This document shows, piece by piece, positions 1-6,892 of a stretch of DNA of 64,000 nucleotides. A program made the translations under genes and the position numbers. The stretch is from Pseudomonadota bacterium. GTDB lineage: Bacteria; Pseudomonadota; Gammaproteobacteria; Methylococcales; Methylococcaceae. Location: NCBI GenBank assembly GCA_041178325.1, contig JBEGVN010000014.1, positions 12,476 to 76,475 on the forward strand, in the 5' to 3' direction. Every line of letters begins with the position of its first letter. Position 1 is the stretch's first letter. The notes under the pieces are model-generated. The model worked only from the letters and a program-made list of their open reading frames with translations, was not told the DNA's origin and searched no databases.

Positions 1-1452
1 AAAATCCGCCAGGGTTTGTGTCGCGAGGGTCATGCGCATCCCGGCACCCCGGCCCTTGTTCAAGAGCTGGATGCACGGTTCGTTGATGACCTCGGCGGCT
101 TCGTCGATGAAGACATGCACCGCTTCATGGTGGGTTCCTGCGTTGTAGCGCTCACCGGCGACCGCAGTGAGATCAGACAGCAGGAGGGATCCGATCATGG
201 CAGCGGCGGGTCCATCCGAGAGGGCGTCAAGACCGAGGTAGGCGACCTGTTTCTTTTCGATGATCCGCCCGAAATCGGTGATGGGCCGAGGGTCGTCCCG
301 ATCATTGGGATCGGGTGAAAGCAGCTTTTCAAGGGGTCCTGTAGTGAGAAGATTCATTACCGGGAGGAGCGATGCCACCATTTTTCCAAAATGATTGCGA
401 TCATGCTCGAAAAGCGAAAGCACGCCTTCGAGTGCCAGCGCGGGGTGACGGGGGGCGATCTGGTCCCGATAGAACTGCGCCAGCGCGGTGATACTTGCTG
501 TTGGTGTTCGGCCACGGGAAGGCGATGGTACCCGAGTCCTCCAGCCGCTCCCGAGAACGGTTTTCAAGTGTTGCTCGAGCACCTCGAGGACCAGCGTTTC
601 CGGCCCCCCCTCCAGGATGCGGCGAACCTCGGTCAGACGCGGTCGCTGATTCAAGAACAGCAGGCCCTGGATGATCTGGTCCAGTGCTCTTTGCCCAAAG
701 GCCTTGAAAGGGTCCGAAGGGTTTGTGGCCGGAATGGCTCCGGCTATCCGACTTGAAAGTTCGGAGGGGCGGTTGAAGTTACGGAGAGGATCCAGACGCA
801 CACTCTGGTTGGGAAACGCGGGGTGAAAGATCACCAGATCCTTTTCCCGACCCTGGGTGACCAGCATGCGCCGCGCACATTCGCGAAGATCGTGATCCCC
901 CTTGGGATCGATAATAATGACAGCGTCTCTTCGGGCCACGGCCTGGGCAATCAGGAGGTCAAAGGTGCGTGTTTTGCCGGCGCCGGTAGTCCCGACGATC
1001 AGCGTATGGCCCTCGGTTTCACTCAGGGGTTGAAAAAGCGCTTCGTGCCGGAAGGACAGTTGATGGAGCCAGGCCGAGCCTTGATCTCGCTTGGGTCCTC
1101 CGGTTGCGGAGAGTTCATGGGCCCATTGGGCATGCTGAGGCTGCCAGGTAAAGCCATCGCCGAGATAACGCGCATCGGGATGGGTCTTGCCCAGGAGCGA
1201 TAATTCGGAGAGGCGCAAGGTACGAAGGGACTTACGGTTGAGGTGCCATTGAAGCCGCATTTCTCCGATGCTGCCCGGGATGCGCCTCAGCGCCAAAAGG
1301 CCCATCACAAGGATCCAGGCCTTGAGCACCCATCCCTTGAGCGAGAACAGCTCGATATAGAGGATTCCGATGAGTCCGATTCCGAACCAGACGCCAAGGG
1401 CCAGGCTCTCGTGGGGTGCGATTGATAGCGGGACATGTTTTGGGCCTTTCAC
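1..1452 (-). CDS. traD: Conjugative coupling protein TraD (SXT/TOL-like T4CP), N-terminal ~480 codons. The 3' end is off the left edge.
   Basis: Absent from the ORF track because there is no stop in the window. My minus-strand translation gives a GTG start at 1452-1450 (GTGA overlap with the traI stop). It shows two TM helices (LALGVWFGIGLIGILYIELF and WVLKAWILVMGLLAL), Walker A EGHTLIVGTTGAGKTR near nt 970-1015, then IIIDPKGD, and stays open to nt 1. Confidence 0.85.
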   Translation of the reverse strand, partial: MKGPKHVPLSIAPHESLALGVWFGIGLIGILYIELFSLKGWVLKAWILVMGLLALRRIPGSIGEMRLQWHLNRKSLRTLRLSELSLLGKTHPDARYLGDGFTWQPQHAQWAHELSATGGPKRDQGSAWLHQLSFRHEALFQPLSETEGHTLIVGTTGAGKTRTFDLLIAQAVARRDAVIIIDPKGDHDLRECARRMLVTQGREKDLVIFHPAFPNQSVRLDPLRNFNRPSELSSRIAGAIPATNPSDPFKAFGQRALDQIIQGLLFLNQRPRLTEVRRILEGGPETLVLEVLEQHLKTVLGSGWRTRVPSPSRGRTPTASITALAQFYRDQIAPRHPALALEGVLSLFEHDRNHFGKMVASLLPVMNLLTTGPLEKLLSPDPNDRDDPRPITDFGRIIEKKQVAYLGLDALSDGPAAAMIGSLLLSDLTAVAGERYNAGTHHEAVHVFIDEAAEVINEPCIQLLNKGRGAGMRMTLATQTLADF

Positions 1453-3041
1453 GCGCTCACTTCAAGCTTGCGCCGACTTTTCCGTTTCGGAACTTTCATC
1501 GCCTTTTGAAGTTCCTGGGAAACCATTCGGGTGAGAAGAAGCCCGCGGCGGCCCTCGATGACCCTGACCTTTCGGACATGGCCTGCACCGCCAGGCTCAA
1601 GCCAGTCCTGGGCATCAAGGGCTTCGATCAGTGCCAGGGGATCCATGCCGAGCGCCTTTGCGGTATCAGGATGGGGAATGAAAAGGTGATGATCGCGCAC
1701 TTGCCACTCGTATCGATCCGAGGCGTTTTGAAGATCCTGTTTCAACGAGGAAGGGGATACGGTCTCACCGAGGGGGATGTCGCTTTCGGCTGGGGTAGCA
1801 GCGATCGGTAACCCAAGGATGGCGCTCTTCTCCGAGGGATTCTCCGCGATGGGATTTTCGCCCCTCACGTCAGTCATGCCCTGAGTATCGGGCAACGGTT
1901 GGATCCTTATTTTTTGCGACTCGGGGAGAATTCCGTCAAAGAGCAGGCGGGGAGTTCGAAGTTGCAGCATCCTCAGGGGAGCAGCAAGCCCCTCGGGATG
2001 AATGGTCCTGAGGGGGGAAGGGATCTCGTCCTCACTCTCTCCCGGGGCGAGGAGTCCTCGATCCCTCATGAAGCCCATCAGTAGTTCAGCATCGAGGGGA
2101 ATCCCGCAGAAACGATCCTGATCAATGGCAGACTCAATATCGATCACGGCCCGAGGCCAGACAAGATAGAGTCCCTCATCGAGGATCCAGAGAGGGCTTC
2201 CGGGGCGGTTTGGAATCCAGATTCCGTCATGAACCAGGTGCCGCATGGCGTGAATCAGAATACGCTCGGGGGATGGACCGCCAAAATCAGTCTGTCGCCT
2301 TGGATCTCTGAGTGATCGCACCGTGCTTTCCTGATCGGCCCGCATTACCAGCTGGGAAGCGGGCTCGTCTTCGCCACCTTCCAGAGTCAAGGCCCTCAGC
2401 AGGGAGGACTCAAGTTCAGGCCCGACTTCACGCAGTCGATCAAAGAGTTCAGGTTCAACGACACTGCGGAGTATCAGCAGACTGAATCCCCGGTGACGCG
2501 CTCCCCGTCCTCTCAGCCATTGGAGGTGATAATGGGTCAGCTCGAGGGACAAGGCCCAGTCCATCAGGGAACTTCGGTAGGGATTCCAGGCGTGTTTTCC
2601 CGAGGCATCCAGAATCAGCAGATCAGCCACCGGTTTGCCAAGATCATGCAAAAGACCCGAAAGGGCCACCGCCAAAACAAATGTGCGTTCCTGACGACGT
2701 CGTTCCCATCCTGCGAGCGAGAGGTCACCAAGGCGCCCACGGGCGGATTCTGCAGCCCAAAGGGCGACTTCAAGACTGTGTTCCAGGAGGCCGCCGCGGT
2801 AGCTGTGGTGATGAGTTTCTGATGCGGGGAGCTGATGGACCCAGCGTGCAAACTGAGTCAGGGTCCGAACCAGTGCCTGATGAAGCAGAGGAGTTTCAGG
2901 GGCGATGCAATCGATCAGTCGGTCCAGGGTTTTATGATGGGAATCAAGCAGGACTTCGACCGGCGTCAGTTCAATGATCTCGCCACACAGGCGAGGGGGT
3001 GGATATCGCTTTTCGATGTGATCCGGTGTCATTCCTATCAC
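1449..3041 (-). CDS. traI: MOBH-family conjugative relaxase TraI with an HD domain
   Basis: 530-aa ORF with HD-domain signatures HHSYRGGLLEHSLEV and LLHDLGKP. It sits directly upstream of traD and is translationally coupled to it. Its start overlaps the upstream stop (GTGA at 3038-3041), with an alternative ATG at 3032. Confidence 0.8.
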   Translation of the reverse strand: MIGMTPDHIEKRYPPPRLCGEIIELTPVEVLLDSHHKTLDRLIDCIAPETPLLHQALVRTLTQFARWVHQLPASETHHHSYRGGLLEHSLEVALWAAESARGRLGDLSLAGWERRRQERTFVLAVALSGLLHDLGKPVADLLILDASGKHAWNPYRSSLMDWALSLELTHYHLQWLRGRGARHRGFSLLILRSVVEPELFDRLREVGPELESSLLRALTLEGGEDEPASQLVMRADQESTVRSLRDPRRQTDFGGPSPERILIHAMRHLVHDGIWIPNRPGSPLWILDEGLYLVWPRAVIDIESAIDQDRFCGIPLDAELLMGFMRDRGLLAPGESEDEIPSPLRTIHPEGLAAPLRMLQLRTPRLLFDGILPESQKIRIQPLPDTQGMTDVRGENPIAENPSEKSAILGLPIAATPAESDIPLGETVSPSSLKQDLQNASDRYEWQVRDHHLFIPHPDTAKALGMDPLALIEALDAQDWLEPGGAGHVRKVRVIEGRRGLLLTRMVSQELQKAMKVPKRKSRRKLEVSA

Positions 3042-3580
3042 ATAGTCGCCTTCGTGCCACCGGCCTGCGTGTCACGGGCCAGATATTGCGTCATCAGCTG
3101 TGATCCCGTGTGGCTCTGTCCTTTCTCGACCTTCATGAATTCACCGAGTGCATCGCGAATGCGGATCAGCCGTGTCTGCCGCATCCGGATCCGGGTCAGT
3201 TCCATTTCGATCTCGTTGACAAAGTCTGTCAGCCAGACCGGTTGTCTTCGCATCAAGGCCTTCAGTGAATAAGTGTCCTGATTGCGACCCTTGGTGATAT
3301 GTGCCCGCGCCACAGGCCTTTTGCTTCGTCCAAGGGTACCCATGAGATACCACTCCAGACTGAACGCGAGGTTCTCTCGAAGACGCATTCTCAGACCCAG
3401 TGTGGCGCGTGGCTGGTAGGGTCGACTGTTTTCCAGTTCCCTTAGGCCTTGCCAGTAGCGATTGACGATGTCGTGGCCATCATCGGCAAGGTCATGAAAG
3501 TGGTCGGTCATCCAGGCTAACAAGGGGTCGATGGTTTTCGCACTTGTCGGGTCTGACCACTCGGATCTTGGGGTATGCAT
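3038..3580 (-). CDS. Conserved ICE protein encoded immediately upstream of the relaxase (PFL_4669-like / MobI-like position), function unknown
   Basis: The ORF 3038-3631 begins with TTG. The ATG at 3580 has a GGAG 6 nt upstream. It is coupled to traI. Family assignment is from memory of ICE gene neighbourhoods only. Confidence 0.6.
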   Translation of the reverse strand: MHTPRSEWSDPTSAKTIDPLLAWMTDHFHDLADDGHDIVNRYWQGLRELENSRPYQPRATLGLRMRLRENLAFSLEWYLMGTLGRSKRPVARAHITKGRNQDTYSLKALMRRQPVWLTDFVNEIEMELTRIRMRQTRLIRIRDALGEFMKVEKGQSHTGSQLMTQYLARDTQAGGTKATM

Positions 3581-3614
3581 GAAAGTCTCCGTTGGATGAA
3601 AGGAAACCCATGAT

Positions 3615-3628
3615 GGCAATTTATTGCC
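3615..3628. promoter_or_regulatory. Perfect palindrome GGCAAT-TT-ATTGCC in the divergent promoter region
   Basis: Read directly at 3615-3628, between the relaxase-operon start (3580) and the response regulator start (3715). Confidence 0.4.
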
Positions 3629-3640
3629 CAAAATCTCGCT

Positions 3641-3670
3641 CTCAAGTTAAGCCCAACGGAAAACTTTGAG
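3641..3670. promoter_or_regulatory. Inverted repeat CTCAAG-ttaa-GCCCAACGG-aaaa-CTTTGAG, copy 1 of a shared element upstream of the tra operons
   Basis: Read directly. A near-identical architecture occurs at 14697-14732. Confidence 0.5.
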
Positions 3671-3714
3671 GGTATAGTGACAAGAACTCGACAGCGTGAA
3701 GGCCACTCTCCCGC

Positions 3715-4416
3715 ATGGATGTGCAGCAACCCCTGATTTTGATCATCGAAGACGAAGTTCCTTTTCGCGATTCGCTGGCTACGCTTTTAAGACTGGACGC
3801 CTATCGGGTGGAAGGGGTCAGCCTTGGACGCGAAGGCCTCCATGAGATTCGTGCCGGTCGGGCTGATCTGGTGCTTCTTGACGTCGGTCTACCCGATTGC
3901 AATGGATTCGCGCTGTTTCATGAAATTCGGGAAATCAGCAAGGTTCCCGTCATTTTCATGACCGCCCGGGGGGAGGTCGTTGATCGGGTGACCGGTCTTG
4001 AGCTTGGGGCCGATGATTATCTTCCCAAGCCCTTTGATTATCGCGAGCTGCTGGCGCGGGTTCGCGTTGCCTTGCGACGCGCCTCCAAAAATCCTGAACC
4101 GCCTGCAAGTTCTGCAGCGGGAACCACTCCCTTCCTGATCGAGCCCGAAAAAAGGCGTATCCGGATTCAGGACCAAATTCTGGATCTCACCCCCCTGGAA
4201 TATGGCATCCTGAAGACCCTGATCGAGCGTCCGGGCCATGTCTACAGTCGGGATTACCTGATGGACTCGCTGTGGAGCGGTCCCTTTACTTCGAGTGATC
4301 GGAGCATTGATCAGCACGTCAAGACGCTCCGCCGCAAGATTGGCCGCATCATGGGGGATGCTCCTGTCATCCTGACCCATCGGGGAACGGGCTATGCACT
4401 TCGGGATGACTGGTGA
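3715..4416 (+). CDS. OmpR/PhoB-family response regulator (receiver plus winged-helix), with no adjacent kinase
   Basis: Receiver motifs IIEDE, LVLLDVGLPD and DDYLPKPF. C-terminal LTPLEYGILKTL...RSIDQHVKTLRRKI...GTGYAL. Confidence 0.9.
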   Translation: MDVQQPLILIIEDEVPFRDSLATLLRLDAYRVEGVSLGREGLHEIRAGRADLVLLDVGLPDCNGFALFHEIREISKVPVIFMTARGEVVDRVTGLELGADDYLPKPFDYRELLARVRVALRRASKNPEPPASSAAGTTPFLIEPEKRRIRIQDQILDLTPLEYGILKTLIERPGHVYSRDYLMDSLWSGPFTSSDRSIDQHVKTLRRKIGRIMGDAPVILTHRGTGYALRDDW

Positions 4417-4433
4417 CTAAACGACCCGGACAG

Positions 4434-5378
4434 ATGAAGGCCGTGGCCTACCAGGGCATCCCCGGCTTCAAGTTGCCGCAGCTGGTGAGCCGCAGGGTGC
4501 CTGCACCCGGTCCCGGTCAAGTCCTCATTCAAACGGCTGCGAGTGCCTTGAATCCGATTGACTGGAAACTCCGCAAAGGGATTCTGGGTCTTCTGACCCC
4601 TTGCGCGCGACTCTCCGCGATCCCCGGATTTGATTTCGTCGGCAAGGTGGTGGCCCTGGGTGCGGGTGCCTCCCGCTTTGCGATAGGGGATCGGGTGTTC
4701 GGGATGCTGAATTTTCGAACCATGGGATCACTTTCCGATTTTCTGATTGCCGATGAAGCTGAACTTTCACGGGCGGGTGATCATCTGGATGATGCGACGC
4801 TCGCAGGGCTTCCCTTGGCCGGGATGACGGCACTTCAAGCCATTCGGGATCTGGGTCAACTCAAGCCCCTGAATCGGCTGTTAGTGGTCGGTGGGAGCGG
4901 CGGCGTTGGCCATTTGGGGGTCCAGATCGGAAAGGCGCTGGGCGCAAGGGTTACTGCGGTCACGGGCCCACGGAATGTGGATCATGTCAGGCAGCTTGGG
5001 GCCGATGAAGTCATAAATTACGCTGGGAACGCAGACCTTACCGGCCCATTCGACGTCATTCTCGATGCGGTCGTATCGAAGTCCTATCGCCACTGGGCGA
5101 AGCATCTGTCACCATCCGGGACCTATGTCTCTGCGCTTCCGTCGCTTGATCTTCTGATTCGGAGCAGACTTACTCGGCATGCCAAGGGGAAGAAAGTCCG
5201 AATTATCGGTGTGCACCCCTCTCATTTGGATCTCGAGTGGTTAAGGGGTCAGGCCGAACAGGGTACTGTCCGACTCATCGTGGATTCCCGCTATCGCCTC
5301 GAAACAGCCGATGAGGCGATCATGAGGAGCCAGTCGGGTCGGGCCCGCGGCAAGATTATCATCCTGAACACCCACTAG
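4434..5378 (+). CDS. Medium-chain dehydrogenase/reductase, NAD(P)H quinone oxidoreductase-like
   Basis: MKAVAY start at 4434 (the track ORF begins at a GTG at 4413). Rossmann motif VVGGSGGVGHLGVQIGKALGARV. Confidence 0.85.
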   Translation: MKAVAYQGIPGFKLPQLVSRRVPAPGPGQVLIQTAASALNPIDWKLRKGILGLLTPCARLSAIPGFDFVGKVVALGAGASRFAIGDRVFGMLNFRTMGSLSDFLIADEAELSRAGDHLDDATLAGLPLAGMTALQAIRDLGQLKPLNRLLVVGGSGGVGHLGVQIGKALGARVTAVTGPRNVDHVRQLGADEVINYAGNADLTGPFDVILDAVVSKSYRHWAKHLSPSGTYVSALPSLDLLIRSRLTRHAKGKKVRIIGVHPSHLDLEWLRGQAEQGTVRLIVDSRYRLETADEAIMRSQSGRARGKIIILNTH

Positions 5379-5488
5379 ATCGATACAAGTAAGGGGCGGG
5401 GTTGATACCTCACCCCCGTTCTACTCTGGGTTTAGATGACTTTTTTCCGATCACTCACAGAGTGATCTCGTTCCCATGGTGATGGATT

Positions 5489-5686
5489 TCAGCAGCCCTT
5501 GATGCTGGGATCGCCCTGACTACAGCCACTCGCCTTACCGGTCACGCGCAACTTTCCGCAACGCAGGAGTACAGGTCGCCCTTGCAGGATGACTTCCTCG
5601 ATATCCCGTGAGCGGCTTCGGATGATCCATGTGGCCATGCCGATCACCGCCAGGACGGCTAAAACACTCAATAAGATCCAGTTCAT
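5489..5686 (-). CDS. Small membrane protein (65 aa) with one N-terminal TM helix and a Cys-containing tail, hypothetical
   Basis: The internal ATG at 5686 is preceded by AGGAG. The product is MNWILLSVLAVLAVIGMATWII followed by RCGK...GCSQGDPSIKGC. No family recognised. Confidence 0.45.
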   Translation of the reverse strand: MNWILLSVLAVLAVIGMATWIIRSRSRDIEEVILQGRPVLLRCGKLRVTGKASGCSQGDPSIKGC

Positions 5687-5921
5687 CGTCAATCTCCTGG
5701 GCCTCTTGCCCGGTGGGACGTTCCTTTCTACTTCTTCACATTCGGATATGGGGTCTAAACCCTGGTTAACAAGGGTAAGACACGATAATCCCACATGAAT
5801 TCAACGGCTTTTTAACTTCGTTTTGTTACAGATATGCACACAGACATAAAAAAACAACAAACGCTTCCGAACCAGTGACTTAGGACACCCCACTGGCCGG
5901 TGCGGATGCGCATTTTAGGGG

Positions 5922-5939
5922 TCTACACGTGTTCTACAC
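5922..5939. promoter_or_regulatory. Direct repeat TCTACAC-gtgt-TCTACAC in the AT-rich region upstream of the FlhD-like gene
   Basis: Read directly, about 90 bp upstream of the ATG at 6031. Confidence 0.3.
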
Positions 5940-6030
5940 AAATTTCATTGGCATCACACAGAATCCACATCATTTCTCCACACAGGATGGAAATACTTGA
6001 GCCCGTTACCAACCTGATGGGAGAAACACC

Positions 6031-6369
6031 ATGCCATCCCCAAATGACATCACAACCCTCAATCGACTCTACCTCACCAAGGCTCGTGAACTGGCGCTTC
6101 AAGGAGAGGAAAGCCGTGCCACTTACCTTCTGGGTATTCCCATGGAAGCCCTCAGTGTCATCCGCAGAATGCCGCTCTCAGCCATCGAGGATCTGGCGGA
6201 GTCGGGTGTTCTGACCTTTGGATTTCGAACGGCGCTTCCGTGTCTCAAGGCCTTTGCCGCTGAAACACAAGATGGATCGCCTTCATCGGCCCATCTCAAG
6301 ATGCAACTTTTGGCCAGTCACAAGGTGGATGGCGTGAGGAGAGAGCCCCATGGCCGCCATCTCTCTTGA
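6031..6369 (+). CDS. FlhD-family transcriptional activator subunit (SetD/AcaD-like)
   Basis: Resembles FlhD in LNRLYLTKARELALQGEE...YLLGIPMEALSVIRRMPLSAIEDLAESGVLTFGFR. RBS GGGAGA. Overlaps the FlhC-like gene by 20 nt. Confidence 0.7.
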   Translation: MPSPNDITTLNRLYLTKARELALQGEESRATYLLGIPMEALSVIRRMPLSAIEDLAESGVLTFGFRTALPCLKAFAAETQDGSPSSAHLKMQLLASHKVDGVRREPHGRHLS

Positions 6370-6862
6370 GCGTCATCGCAGCGTTGATCTGGCCCTTGCG
6401 CTGGTGCAACGAAAACTAAGAACGAGTCCTGCGCATGTTCTGACCGGCCTCCCGGAAGCCGAGATCCGGAGTCTTTATCGCCTGGTCCATGGCCGCTCAC
6501 CGACGTCAGGGTCGATTCCTTCGACAGGACATCTGATGACCTCACGCCGCCGGCAGGCCAAGATATCGGTCTTCATTGCCGTTTATCTGGGTCTTGCCGG
6601 GGATGAAGGAGGGCGTCATGTGGATGCGCGGATGCTGATCCGAAGCCATGACCTCTTTCAGGAACTGATCGGGGTGCGTCAGGCCGAAGAGGTCGATTTG
6701 ACCGCGGCCTGGTCAGTGCTTCGGGAATATCAAAGCGGCATTTCGCGACGACCCTGCTGCAAGGACTGTGGCGCCTGCTACATCATTACGGATACGGCCG
6801 ATGTTCCTCCATCATGTCCCTTTTGCGCCCTTCGAAGGCGATGCGCGTCCCCGAGTGTCTGA
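6350..6862 (+). CDS. FlhC-family transcriptional activator subunit (SetC/AcaC-like)
   Basis: FlhC-like N-terminus (SLERHRSVDLALALV...EIRSLYRLVHGRSP) and a four-Cys zinc site CCKDCGACYIITDTADVPPSCPFC. Confidence 0.75.
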   Translation: MAAISLERHRSVDLALALVQRKLRTSPAHVLTGLPEAEIRSLYRLVHGRSPTSGSIPSTGHLMTSRRRQAKISVFIAVYLGLAGDEGGRHVDARMLIRSHDLFQELIGVRQAEEVDLTAAWSVLREYQSGISRRPCCKDCGACYIITDTADVPPSCPFCALRRRCASPSV

Positions 6863-6892
6863 TTGATTTGATTAGCATGGCACTCAGGCTTA

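Noticed and set aside
16-1811. Series of plus-strand ORFs (100-131 aa) at the left edge
   Set aside because: They lie opposite the open minus-strand traD frame, which has a Walker A box and TM helices. None shows motifs or RBS context.
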